Shown here one piece after another: positions 43,001-52,062 of a stretch of 64,000 nt of DNA. Both the position numbers and the translations under genes were made by a program. Origin of the DNA: Owenia fusiformis (taxonomy: Eukaryota); assembly GCA_903813345.2 (NCBI GenBank), contig CAIIXF020000001.1, positions 18,600,001 to 18,664,000 on the forward strand, written 5' to 3'. The notes beneath the pieces were generated by a model that did not search any database, was not told the origin of the DNA, and worked only from the letters and a program-made list of their open reading frames with translations. How positions within the stretch are numbered: position 1 is the stretch's first letter; every line of letters starts with the position of its first letter.

Positions 43001-46000
43001 ATAGACAAAGCAGATGGCTTGCTATTTTACTTTCATTAGATGACTATATGAATAACGTAAAAGTAAGTACATACTTGTAAACGTGGGCGGATGACTTTCA
43101 CTAACGGTGGATAGAAGGGGTAGAGATCTATAGCAAAATCCATCTCAAGTTCTATGTTGTTATAACCAAACAACTTATTAACTTCTGCAAGGTCTTTCCC
43201 CAGATCGCTACAATTAAGAAAAAACAATGTTCAATACAACAGAACATACATGAATCATTTCTATATACTATTTAATATTGAGCAATCGCTCTAATTATCA
43301 CTCGATAATATCATTACTATTCTATAATTAAACCAGTGGGTTTGTTTTGACTATGATTAGTATTTACATCATTCTCACGTCATTGTACGCATCAAATAGA
43401 TTTTATCTTGATACTTTAATAATACTGTAGTAACTGACAAATATGTATAAACAAGTGGGTATAGACCAAAATGTTTTTTAGAAAAACAATTGTGAAGGAA
43501 CATTTGTGATTGTCATAAGGAAACATGTATATATCAGTCAAATAAATAAACACATAAACTTAATTAATTTGGTCAAATCATGTAATAAATATTACTTTGG
43601 AAATTTATCAATTTTATGATTTAAAAAATTCAGACCTAAAACTTTCAACCAATCAGCAGTTTGACTACCAAGGGTTTCATGAATCATTGGTAAAATGTCT
43701 TACCATGTTTCAGCAAAGTTGTACAGCTTTACACTCCATTTATATATGTTATCATCTATGGGGTCTGCAGTGAAGCCAACACTCTGAAGAAAACGGAACA
43801 TTTATTCATATTTTCATTTATTATATACCCAATATGTAACACTAATCCTGATTGGTCAATACCTAGTCATGTGTTCCGAAATACATTTACTATTTCCCTT
43901 CGAAAGTTATATTCCCTCAAATGTAAGAAGCAGGAATATACATTTGAACTATTGCCCGCTGACGTCACGATTGCAACTTCTATTACCCTTGGAAACGTCT
44001 GCGCATCATCAGTGAGCACAAACACAAATCAAATCCGTTCACCATGACAGCATGCATGAACGATACAATATAAGCAACTTGGATAAAGTTCCCTAAGCTC
44101 AATACGTCTGTGTAATTTCAAGTGTTATGATAACCTATTTCGTGTGTTAAACGCGATGCAAAAATTTCTGATGAGCATATGATGACGTCACCGCTTATAA
44201 TGCTAACAATGGGCTGGGAGGGGGCTTTCTAAGCCTTTTTGGCCTTCGCAGAGGAAGCGGAACAAGAGTCAGTATAGGGTATATAATTAAACTGCCTAAT
44301 TTCGAGCAATAGTGTAAATGATTTCCCCTTGGGAATATCCTCTAATAATTTTAGAGGATATTCCCTCGGGGAAATAATTGACACTATTACCCTTTATGGC
44401 AGTCACTATTTGCATAATATAGGGTCTTTACCATGAGATTATTGGAAAAAACAACTACAACAAGTAGAAAAAGTAATCCGTTCAATTTTAGCAAAAGTAA
44501 AGTTAACACTTTTTTCTGCATTGTTTACTACCCCCAAAGTTTAATAAACACGATATGGTGTTTTTTATGTATGTATGCTTCTATGATATACTCTACCTCT
44601 TCAACTTCCATAATTTTGACCAGGTCGTTTGTGAGAATTCCTGATGCAGCGTTTGTTGTGAAAATCTGACCAGCCTGTTCTTTCTCATGTCCTGAGGCTA
44701 GAAACAAATCATCCATCATTTCTTAGAACTCTTATTAATAACAAAACATTTTATTCTAATCAATGAGATCAGAGAATCTGCTTGGAGGTTTAATAAAGAT
44801 ATATTGAATAAGTCATACAAATCATCAGAATTTTCAATGAGATCAATATACCTTTGAAAATGTAGAAGTAATTAATACGGACATCAACTGTACATTATGT
44901 TATCAAGTATTATCCCATGCCTAGAGACAGTAATTAAATATCATATGAGGATCAATGTCATTGATACTAGCCCAAGTATATTACGTTCCATTCAATCTTA
45001 TATATGTAGTTTTAGCCATTATTCCATTACCTTGAATGGCACCATAGTCTGATGAGCCAGGGACGAGTTTGGCTCTCTTCATTTCCTCCCGTACTTCGGC
45101 CTCTTTTTGGGCCCAACGTTTCTGAAGTTAATCAACAATTAAATATTTAGTAATAGCAATTCAATGTTTATAGAAAATATGATGAAGAAATAATGCATGT
45201 ATAAGAGAATAGTAAATATGAAATTTTAACAGCATGCTTAGTACTTAGATAATCTTACCTAATTAACCTTATCTGTATTTAAAAAAAATCTGAAGTAAAA
45301 GTACAATATCTCACAAGATGCCAAATAAATAAGAGTTCATAGATTTTCCTTTGTACCTTTTTCCTGGCAACCTGAAGCTCCCATTCTGTTGTGAATGCAC
45401 TGTCATCATCTGATATCATCTCTTCATTATCATCTTCATCATCATCGTCATCAACACTCATCTCATCCTAGAAGTCAGAAAAAATTAACAATAAAAAATA
45501 ATGGTGTTATATTGCTCTAGTGAAATGAATTCTTGGCAGATTATGGTATTACTGTATATAACATAATTGCCACAGCACAGGGTAACGAATCCCACCGAAC
45601 AAAAACTGTTTTGATAAATGGCAGCCATCTTTAAAATTCCTTCTTGAACAGAGCTCCCTTGTCCCTAGGTCATCAGCATATAAATTTGAACCAAATCCAT
45701 CCACAGGCACTGTTTTATGAAAAAATGGCAGCCATTTTAAAATTTGGTAGCCATTTTGAAAATGTATTTTGAGTGGAGCTCTCATGTCTTTAGGCATCAG
45801 CATATGAAATTTTAACCAAATCCATCCACTGGTTTTTGAGTTATCAAAGATTACGTTCTGTTACGAAGACTGGGGCCATTTTGAAATTTAGCTGCCATCT
45901 TGATCAAATTCCTTCTCGATCAGAACTCATGTGTCCCTAGGTGTCAGCATATAAAATTTGAACTAAATCCATCAACTGGTACTTGAGTTATCAAGCATTA

Positions 46001-48393
46001 CATTTTTACGATAAATGGCTGCTATTTTGAAAATCAGTAGCCATCTTAAAAATCTCTTCTTCAGCAAAGCTCACCAGCATATAAAATTTGAATTAAATCT
46101 GTCAACTAGTATTTGAGTTATCCAAGATTAATTTTTTACGAAAAATGATGGCCATTTTGAATTGAGCGACCATATTGAAAATTCATTAATAATCTCATTA
46201 AATAATAGAGTAATGTGGTTGATTGTGATTGTCAGTTTCATTTTTAAAGCTAAAAGTAAACTTTGTGGTAAGGTTTCACGTCAAAAAGTCGGTACAGTAC
46301 ACAATTTCAAAATAAATTAGCTCCCATTAGATGACATATCTTCAATATAAAATTAGTATCTATTCATTGCATTTAATAACTACTAAAATACAATATTTCA
46401 TCTTCAGTCAATGTCAGGCACCATGCTGTATTTTACTATCTTAAGTGCTATTAGGAATCCCTAGACATTAATGTAAATTTATCACTGTTCCATATATTCA
46501 AATTTGCTTTTACCTCTCATCTTATCTAATATTTCATTGTAATCACGAGTTAGAGCAGCTTAGTCCATAGCTGCTATGGATGGGACGTTACCGGAAACTG
46601 CACTGTTCCATGGTACTTAGCTAAGGAAGCACTTTTGGAATGGGACATGAGATGTCAATTTCAGTATGTTTCCCCAAATTGGGACATGAGGTGTCAATTT
46701 CAGTTTGTTTTCCCCAAATTAGGACATGAGATGTCAATTTCAGTATGTTTCCCCAAATTGGGACATGAGGTGTCAATTTCAGTTTGTTTTCCCCAAATTA
46801 GGACATGAGATGTCAATTTCAGTATGTTTCCCCAAATTGGGACATGAGGTGTCAATTTCAGTTTGTTTTCCCCAAATTAGGACATGAGGTGTCAATTTCA
46901 GTATGTTTCCCCAAATTGGGACATGATGTGTCAATTTCAGTTTGTTTTCCCCAAATTAGGACATGAGATGTCAATTTCAGTATGTTTCCCCAAATTGGGA
47001 CATGAGGTGTCAATTTCAGTTTGTTTTCCCCAAATTAGGACATGAGATGTCAATTTCAGTATGTTTCCCCAAATTGGGACATGAGGTGTCAATTTCAGTT
47101 TGTTTTACCCAAATTAGGACATGAGGTGTCAATTTCAGTATGTTTCCCCAAATTAGGACATGAGATGTCAATTTCAGTATGTTTCCCCAAATTGGGACAT
47201 GAGGTGTCAATTTCACTTTGTTTTCCCCAAATTAGGACATGAGGTGTCAATTTCAGTATGTTTGCCCAAATTAGGAGATGAGGTGTCAATTTCAGTATGT
47301 TTCCCCAAATTAGGACATGAGGTGTCAATTTCAGTATGTTTCCTCAAATTAGGACATGGGGTGTCAATTTCAGTATGTTTCCCCAAATTAGGACATGAGG
47401 TGTCCATTTCAGTATGTTCCCCAAATTGACCTTTTGCGATCAGAATTCAGGAATTTTGTTTATGGATACTGTTGTCATGTATTTCGTCTTATTGGTGTGA
47501 CGTCATATAGAAATGATATTAGACATGATGGAATCACGAAATGGCGGACACTTGGCAGTTTTGAGCTAAAAATATTGTAGTTTCTTTTATGAAAACCATG
47601 AGTCGGATATTTACCAGTTAAGCCACATTGACTAGATCATGATTATTTCTATATATGTGCGAAGTTTGGGTGAAATTCATACTAAACATCGATGCCTATT
47701 AGCGCCCCCCGTTTTTGTCAAAATCGGGGGGCGCTTAACCGCTATCTAAATCATGTCTGTAAGATCTTAGACTTGGTATGTGCTTAGCATGAATGTTGAT
47801 CTAGTCAAATAAAGCGCTTTCATGAAAAATGAATCAATAAAGCACGAAATATAGAAGATAATCTCTCAAAATCAAACATCTAGAGCTAGGTGACCTAATT
47901 GTGACGTCACTACAAGATAGAATCCATTCGGTGATCGCAAATCATCAATTAGGACATGAGGTGTCAATTTCAGTATGTTTCCCCAAATTAGAACTAAGAC
48001 ATGCCGATTCCATCCAAAATTCAGAAAAAACTTCAGTATGGAGTATATTCCAAATTATCTAATATACACTAATAATAGAAAAAAATACATGACTTGTTGT
48101 ACTTATTGTTCCACTATTTGAGTAAATACCATTCTATTCTGAAAATGTTTAGTTTCAAAGCCCCATACCAACGTTTTTTTGTCCATCCCAATACTTGCAA
48201 AGGCATAATGTATGTAAGTTTCAAAGTATTAAAACTTCTAATAAAATCACCCTCCTGATGTGAAAAATGCCAGCCCATGGTATGGTATTCCCTTAATACA
48301 TATTAATAACAACACTAATGAATATATATGTAAATTACCTCAGATTGTCCAGTATTATTCTGATGGCTGTCGTTGATATACAATGAAGATGCC
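3910..48393 (-). CDS. Multi-exon gene (25 exons found, 5' end missing): tandem-E2 protein with a UBE2Q-like pseudo-UBC domain and a BIRC6-type C-terminal ubiquitin-conjugating module
   Basis: Exons with GT-AG boundaries join in one frame: 2602 nt = 1+867x3, including the TGA stop. The C-terminal part follows the BIRC6 motif order: [142 protein letters not shown]. Confidence 0.9.
4395..4510 (-). CDS. Exon, C-terminal helices of BIRC6-type UBC ([39 protein letters not shown])
   Basis: ttttttag| ... GAG|gtaagt; 116 nt; resembles the BIRC6 'TVKWAMLEQIRNPSPCFKEVIHKHFYLK' segment. Confidence 0.92.
4833..4950 (-). CDS. Exon, UBC ([39 protein letters not shown])
   Basis: tttcag| ... G|gtgtgt; 118 nt; carries the PYFNEPG motif of BIRC6/UBE2O/UBE2Z-type E2s. 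Confidence 0.95.
5089..6855. mobile_element. Non-autonomous hAT-type DNA transposon
   Basis: TIR TAGAGAAGGGTCGGT / ACCGACCCTTCTCTA; perfect 8-bp TSD ATTTTTAT (5081-5088, 6856-6863); subterminal CGGTT/AACCG repeats. Confidence 0.88.
7040..7127 (-). CDS. Exon with the catalytic Cys ([29 protein letters not shown])
   Basis: ttgcag| ... CAG|gtaagt; 88 nt; GKVCLSLL active-site motif. Confidence 0.95.
7388..7431 (-). CDS. Exon, UBC ([15 protein letters not shown])
   Basis: ttgtag| ... AA|gtaagt; 44 nt; RFNPNLY motif. Confidence 0.95.
7777..7870 (-). CDS. Exon, UBC ([31 protein letters not shown])
   Basis: ttttcag| ... CAG|gtgagc; 94 nt; GP.TPY..G.F.F...YP..PP E2 motif. Confidence 0.95.
8313..8502 (-). 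CDS. Exon, start of the BIRC6-type UBC (EGSNAHHY...[39 protein letters not shown])
   Basis: ttttgtag|CAG (NAGNAG) ... GG|gtaagt; 190 nt. Confidence 0.92.
8570..10920. mobile_element. Non-autonomous piggyBac-like element
   Basis: TTAA on both sides (8566-8569, 10921-10924); imperfect TIR CTCCTTAACGCCTGATC / GATTAGGCATGACGGAG. Confidence 0.65.
9135..9603. mobile_element. TA-flanked MITE nested in the piggyBac-like element
   Basis: TA|CTGTAAAACGGGTA ... TACCCGTTTTACAG|TA; many internal TTTAGCG/CGCTAA motifs. Confidence 0.8.
11262..11331 (-). CDS. Exon ([23 protein letters not shown])
   Basis: atttcag| ... A|gtaagt; 70 nt; resembles the pre-UBC 'Y...MK.LQFD' segment of BIRC6-type proteins. Confidence 0.88.
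11499..11608 (-). CDS. Ser-rich exon ([36 protein letters not shown]); its acceptor is the terminal unit of the 52-bp satellite
   Basis: ttatgtag| ... AAG|gtaaga; 110 nt, open frame; needed to convert phase 1 (exon ending 17336) to phase 0 (exon starting 11331). Confidence 0.8.
11593..16982. repeat. 52-bp tandem satellite, about 103 copies (ctgcgctttatggcacctacataatatattcacaacattgtattctttctat)
   Basis: Period read directly (11701 to 11753); highly homogeneous units with recurring variants. Confidence 0.97.
17336..17367 (-). CDS. 32-nt microexon ([10 protein letters not shown])
   Basis: tttgttttcag| ... G|gtgagt; phases 2 and 1 fit both neighbours. Confidence 0.75.
17754..22125 (+). mobile_element. 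Academ-type DNA transposon derivative with long TIRs and decayed transposase fragments
   Basis: Termini TAGCGAGATCAATAGTGCA / TGCACTATTGATCTCGCTA; 3-bp TSD ACT (17751-17753, 22126-22128); inverted arms of about 700 bp. Remnants '[19 protein letters not shown]' and '[21 protein letters not shown]' at about 20400-20615; '[19 protein letters not shown]' in ORF 21302..21568. Confidence 0.8.
18760..20247. mobile_element. Non-autonomous Transib/RAG-like element nested in the Academ-type element
   Basis: 14-bp perfect TIR CACACTACCCTACC; 5-bp TSD TCTTT (18755-18759, 20248-20252); the empty site is visible in the inverted paralogous segment near 21318-21340. Confidence 0.7.
23773..24315. mobile_element. 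Tc1/mariner-type MITE
   Basis: TA|CAGTATGAGCCAAAAAAGGTAACCCAA ... TTGGGTTACCTTTTTGGCTCGCCCTG|TA. Confidence 0.78.
24638..25011. mobile_element. GC-richer hAT-like MITE (GGATCT...GATCCGCCAGTG ends)
   Basis: Ends ggtggatctggg / cccagatccgccagtg; ttcatta on both flanks; left end decayed. Confidence 0.55.
24890..24973 (+). mobile_element. 84-bp micro-element, TACCCT...AGGGTA family
   Basis: 6-bp TIR; perfect 9-bp TSD ACCCAAGGG. Confidence 0.85.
25254..25696. mobile_element. Foldback MITE (imperfect palindrome centred near 25475)
   Basis: gtaacaaaatgtc..tcgaaggta / taccttcga..gacattttgttac, with inverted similarity continuing to the centre. Confidence 0.75.
27340..32867. mobile_element. Helentron/HINE-like non-autonomous element split by the Academ-type foldback element
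   Basis: Subterminal inverted motif gctcacac (27363) / gtgtgagc (32854); (GACG)n-like microsatellite at 32782-32829 followed by an A-run; internal TGGACC/TGACCT repeats. Boundaries are approximate. Confidence 0.5.
28221..32743 (+). mobile_element. Academ-type foldback element: two arms of about 1.7 kb around a 1.1-kb core with a transposase remnant
   Basis: Termini TAGTGCTGTCCCTAGGTCTG / CAGACCTAGGGACAGCACTA; 3-bp TSD CAA; near-identical outer arms, each with 4-5 copies of a 172-bp unit (28745, 28917, 29089, 29261). Core ORF 30144..30374 '[13 protein letters not shown]...[14 protein letters not shown]' resembles Academ transposase. Confidence 0.85.
34435..34571. repeat. Near-perfect 137-bp hairpin, possibly the end of a Crypton-like palindromic element
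   Basis: gttattgaatgatttgaagtgcaatacaggatatattctg ... cagaatatatcctgtattgcacttcaaatcattcaataac. Confidence 0.8.
36199..36380 (-). CDS. Exon ([14 protein letters not shown]...[10 protein letters not shown])
   Basis: atctccag| ... AG|gtatgt; 182 nt; open frame within ORF 36186..36419. Confidence 0.82.
36714..36802 (-). CDS. Exon ([29 protein letters not shown])
   Basis: atttcag| ... CAG|gtttgt; 89 nt; LVPLL segment resembles BIRC6. Confidence 0.85.
37091..37127 (-). CDS. 37-nt exon ([12 protein letters not shown])
   Basis: tttttatttcaag| ... G|gtaagt; resembles the BIRC6 'LYRALLELLRAIA' helix; phases fit. Confidence 0.8.
37860..37907 (-). CDS. 48-nt exon ([16 protein letters not shown])
   Basis: atttttcag| ... 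GCT|gtaagt; resembles BIRC6 'YLRNDSVLDMARH'. Confidence 0.88.
38264..38440 (-). CDS. Exon ([13 protein letters not shown]...[13 protein letters not shown])
   Basis: atttacag| ... GAG|gtaagc; 177 nt; phase 0 at both ends. Confidence 0.87.
38659..38781 (-). CDS. Exon with the BIRC6-type YWAKG motif ([41 protein letters not shown])
   Basis: ttgtacag| ... CAG|gtattg; 123 nt; resembles BIRC6 'YWAKGTGFG...WDVEQAL..QR'. Confidence 0.9.
38969..39118 (-). CDS. 150-nt exon ([20 protein letters not shown]...SVTNPK) that begins with GTAAGT
   Basis: ttacttctctag|GTAAGT ... AAG|gtaaat; open frame, symmetric phase 0; the donor position is less certain. Confidence 0.7.
39544..39634 (-). CDS. Exon ([30 protein letters not shown])
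   Basis: ttgtag| ... TTG|gtaagt; 91 nt. Confidence 0.85.
40687..40805 (-). CDS. Exon, pseudo-active-site region of the UBE2Q-like fold ([40 protein letters not shown])
   Basis: ttttgttccag| ... AG|gtagaa; 119 nt; TNMEML..W sits where UBE2Q has ICMELL..W. Confidence 0.87.
41496..42102. repeat. 22-bp minisatellite, about 27 copies (actcaagaatcatcaattcata)
   Basis: Period read directly (41496 to 41518). Confidence 0.95.
42189..42907. mobile_element. Foldback MITE, possibly Kolobok-like
   Basis: About 135-bp near-perfect TIR starting aaagaccacatgcagtatggcaagtgattt, degenerate inward; TSD not clean. Confidence 0.75.
43075..43207 (-). CDS. Exon, UBE2Q-like fold ([44 protein letters not shown])
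   Basis: taattgtag| ... CAA|gtatgt; 133 nt; YPF.PP.V.V..P.L motif. Confidence 0.9.
43704..43783 (-). CDS. Exon, UBE2Q-like fold ([26 protein letters not shown])
   Basis: ttttcttcag| ... TG|gtaaga; 80 nt; 'D.LY.W.VKL' pattern of the UBE2Q family. Confidence 0.9.
43820..44415. mobile_element. Non-autonomous repeat ending in a hairpin of about 110 bp (Crypton-like architecture, tentative)
   Basis: ttatataccc (43821) / gggtatataa (44277) inverted motif, then a hairpin at 44291-44402 (gggaatatcctctaa..ttagaggatattccc). Confidence 0.5.
44597..44697 (-). CDS. Exon ([33 protein letters not shown])
   Basis: ttgtttctag| ... GAG|gtagag; 101 nt; 'AS..L..DL..I' resembles E2 helix 1. Confidence 0.85.
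45031..45121 (-). CDS. Exon ([30 protein letters not shown])
   Basis: aacttcag| ... G|gtaatg; 91 nt; phases fit. Confidence 0.82.
45357..45467 (-). CDS. Acidic exon ([37 protein letters not shown])
   Basis: gacttctag| ... AAG|gtacaa; 111 nt. Confidence 0.82.
45560..46185. repeat. Degenerate tandem repeat (units with aaatggcagccatttt...cagcatataaaatttgaac.aaatccatc), probably a decayed HINE-like element
   Basis: Motif cagcatat..aattt.aac.aaatc recurs at about 45674, 45798, 45945 and 46075. Confidence 0.55.
46642..47990. repeat. 39/40-bp minisatellite (79-bp dimer), about 21 units, with the last unit separated by an insertion
   Basis: Unit ggacatgaggtgtcaatttcagtatgtttccccaaatt; alternating periods of 39 and 40; resumes at 47950. 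Confidence 0.95.
47427..47947. mobile_element. MITE with AT target duplication inserted in the 39/40-bp array
   Basis: caaAT|TGACCTTTTGCGATCA ... TGATCGCAAATCATCA|ATtagg; the array unit caaattagg supplies the empty site. Confidence 0.75.
48339..48393 (-). CDS. Most 5' exon found ([18 protein letters not shown]); internal, so further exons lie upstream
   Basis: tatttttcag| ... GAG|gtaatt; 55 nt, open frame; no homology support. Confidence 0.6.
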
Positions 48394-49420
48394 CTGAAAA
48401 ATATAAACATTGCCACATCAGTACCTCACTTACTTAAGATATATACCATCTCTGAAAAGGTGAAAACTACATTCGAACAGAGTGAAAGCATTTTTGATTT
48501 TGATTTTTTTGTTTAATATCAGTTGCTCAACTAATATGATATATAAATGTATATAAGATAAACATGCCCTTTTTATTTTATTTATATAATGAATCTATTT
48601 TCAAATTGTTTCTGCAACAAAATTCTCTTGAAATTCCTGACTTCTATCTAAGATCAAGAGCAAGGCCCTACTGGCCTAATATCAAATAAGTTAACATGGA
48701 AAGAAAGAGCTTTTTTACTCCTTTACTCCTATATCAGTGATCTCCACAGCATTAAAGCAAGTAGGCTAAGCACCCACATGAGATTTGAAAACAGGCTTGA
48801 ATCCACCTCAAAATCTATTTGCACCCACTTGAAAATGAGAAAAATAATGACAAATTGGCATATTTTGACCAATTTTGGTCTGACTTGTGAAAATGAGAAT
48901 AAGAAATTCTTTGGAGAACACTGTATATGATAGTTGTTCCTAAAAGAGTGATTAAAACATTTTCCATCTAACTAACGTTTGATCTATGGATGCAATTGCA
49001 TCGTTGATAGCTGAGCTCCTGCAGTGATGCCAGATTAACAGAGGAACAAATGGGATTTTAATCAATTTTATCTGTTTCAATTAATTAAATCAGAGAACAT
49101 TGCGACTAATAAATTACTATCATTAAAGTATTTATTAATTCATTAATCTTTTTTGACATTCAATTATATTTTTCAATTATCTATAGATCTTATAGATACC
49201 ATCAAATGCACACTGCATTTGTAAGTGTTTTACAAACATTTGTAAATGAAATCATTCAAGATTTGGAGAACACACTTTCAGGAATTCCTGGGTGTAGGAA
49301 AAATTATGAAATAAAATTTCAGAACCATGGGGAAAAAAGATTTGGAGAACAGTGACTGGCAAACTCAAACCTATAAATATAAACCCCTGTCATTAAGATA
49401 CATTCACAGAAAGCTAAACT

Positions 49421-49711
49421 AAGGAGGATTGGCTCCAAAAATGCAACATCGATATTTTAGCCCTATATGATGTTATGGCCTTGACCTTATTTTTTCACTT
49501 CAAAATTTGAATCGCGAGTTTTGGCCTTATTTCTAAACAAAAAATTCAAAACACATGAGAAGTGATTAAGATATTAGTTCAAATCTTTTGGATCGCTGAT
49601 TTTGAATTTATAGTCAGTTATAATATCAGAAAATAACGACATTGTCAATGTTGTCATCGATCGAGGTCAAGGTCAAGTATCGAGCTGGAGCCCTGGGAGC
49701 CAATCCTCCTT
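49421..49711. mobile_element. MITE, possibly Kolobok-like
   Basis: 16-bp perfect inverted ends AAGGAGGATTGGCTCC / GGAGCCAATCCTCCTT. Confidence 0.7.
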
Positions 49712-50824
49712 GAAGCTAAGCATGACATATCACATTCTGACCAATCAGAAAACAGTTTGGCCTTTCTCTGTTTTACATCAGATGAATAGTTTATAAAGGT
49801 AACCTTTTATGAGGGAACAAATTAGAACAGTGTGAATATCCCAATGATTAGCAATGTAAGTACTTATGCAAGTCAAAATGTTGATCAAGTAAAATCCTTG
49901 CAAAATGATTTCTGGATGAATGTCATTCTTTTGAATGATACTGTTCCAAATCCTTTATGTGTGAAAAGTATTTAAGAATTTATGGGTGATTTCATGTACT
50001 GATTTCTTCCATGCTAGCATTTGAGCTTGGGCTGTTATCCTTGTTAAAAGTCAAGAAACTCATGCTTAAAATCTAAACTTAAACAATGCCACCTCATTTC
50101 AGATGTGATGAGTACCAGTATACACCCCAGACAAAATCCTACAAGAAGGGTTTACATAAATGGCAGCCATTCGGGGAACAATTTCAAAACTTGACAAAAA
50201 CAGCCTACATATCGATAGTTTCAAAAAAGTATCATTTGCATAGGATCAACAAACAAGCAAATAGTATATATTCTGAAAAATAATTGAAATGCACTATCTG
50301 TCAAGAAGTGTTCAATTATTGCCTCGACATTTCACTCAAGGATAGGAAGTGAAAGATCAAACGACATATATACTGAATAATGCTTCAATATATCCTATCT
50401 TAATCTTATTCATTCATTTGCGTGGATAATAAAGTAGCACTCCCCCACCCCCGAGCTTTATCGATTTAACTTGACAGCTTAGACATCATATGAATCTAAT
50501 TCATTTAGAAGATATTTATTTGAGATACGTGTGAAATAGTGTATTAATGCAACCATTGCGCCTCATTAGTCTGATAGTTCAATGTGACAATCGGCTGCTA
50601 AAGCTATCTATCCATAGATGTTGAGAATATAGAGACGTAATTATTCCCACCTTGGTTATATTATCTCAGTAGTGTCTAATGATAAATAGATGTTTTAGGT
50701 TTTACATTGAACGTCTGGGACCAGAATTTCTCAATTTGTATCAAGTTTATTTATGAACTCAAAATTAAATTGGATGAGTAATTTTCCTGTCTATAAAATT
50801 AATTTGAGTTGATGTTAAGACTCA

Positions 50825-52062
50825 ATCCCTCTCGGCCCTATCCAGCAAAATCACCTCCTGTAGCCCCTACCCTTGGCCTGATCAAGCAAACGCCTCATCC
50901 CTGGCCCTATCTAGCAAAATCTCCTCCTCTAGCCCATATGCTTGGCCTGGTCAAGCAAAACCCACAGCCCTATTTAGCAAAATCACATCCTTTAGCCACT
51001 ACCCTTGGCCTGTCAAGCAAAACCCATAGCCCTATTTAGCAAAATCACCTCCTTTAGCCACTACCCTTGGCCTGTCAAGCAAAACCCACAGCCCTATCTA
51101 GCAAAATCTCCTCCTCTAGCCCATATCCTTGGCCTGGTCAAAACCCAAAGCCCTATTTTGCAAAATCACCTCATCTAGTCACTACCCTTGGCCTGGTCAA
51201 GCAAACCCTCAACCCTATCTAGCAAATTCCACTTCTCTAGTCACTTCCCTTGACCTAGTCAAGCAAATAACCTCTCAGCCCTATCTAGCAAAATCTCCTC
51301 ATCTAGTCACTACCCTTGGCCTGGTCATGCAAACCCCTCAACCCTATCCCGCAAAATCTCCTCTAGTGCCTACCCTTGGCCAGGTCAAGTAAAACCCAAA
51401 GCCTTATCTAGCAAATATCCCCTTCTCTGGTCCTTATCCTTGGTATGGCCAAGCAAACCCCTCAGCCCTATCTAGCAAATTCCCCTTCTCAGTTACTATC
51501 TCGCAAAATCCCCTCCTCTAGCGCCTACCCTTGGCCTGGTCAAGTAAAACCCAAAGCCTTATCCAGCAAATATCCCCTCCTCCGGTCCTTATCCTTGGTC
51601 TGGCCAAGCAAACCCCTCAGCCCTACCTAGCAAATTAACCTCTCCTCACCACCCTTGGCCTAGTATCCCTCAGTCCAATCTTGCAAAATTGCCTCCTCAA
51701 ACCCCTACCCTTGACCTGGTCAAGCAAACCCCTCAGCCCTATACAGTGATAATAAAAACTCCTCTAGTCCCTACCTTTGACCTAGTCAAGCAAACCCATC
51801 AGCCCAATATAGCAAAATCCCCTCTTCAAGTCCTTACCCATGGCCTAGTCAAGCAAACCCCTCAGCCCTATCCAGTAAAAACCCTCCCCTAGTACCTACC
51901 CTTGGCCTAGTCAAGCAAACCACTCACCCCTATCTAGCAAACATCCCCTCTTCAAGTCCCTACCCTTGGCCTAGTCAAGCAAACCACTCACCCCTATCTA
52001 GCAAACATCCCCTCTTCAAGTCCCTACCCTTGGCCTAGTCAAGCAAACCACTCACCCCTATC
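50825..52062. repeat. Degenerate C-rich satellite, about 62 bp, about 20 units (cccttggcctggtcaagcaaacccctcagccctatctagcaaaatc...)
   Basis: Recurring motif; explains the Pro-rich ORFs at 50809-51892; further copies at 58467-58565 and inverted at about 60836-61002. Confidence 0.9.

Noticed and set aside
47016-47429. Repetitive ORFs in several frames
   Set aside because: They are translations of the 39/40-bp minisatellite.
3910-48393. Calling the gene BIRC6 or UBE2Q
   Set aside because: Only the BIRC6 C-terminal region is present, directly preceded by a UBE2Q-like fold lacking its Cys. Neither symbol fits the architecture.
48434-48451. 18-nt candidate upstream microexon (cag|AGATGGTATATATCTTAA|gtaagt)
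   Set aside because: The phase would fit, but the implied intron is only about 40 nt and there is no homology support.
50103-50148. Candidate further 5' exon (FCLGCILVLITSEMR)
   Set aside because: Weak donor (gtggca) and no recognisable similarity.
50809-51892. Pro-rich ORFs resembling extensin or mucin
   Set aside because: They are translations of a degenerate satellite with frequent frameshifts and stops.
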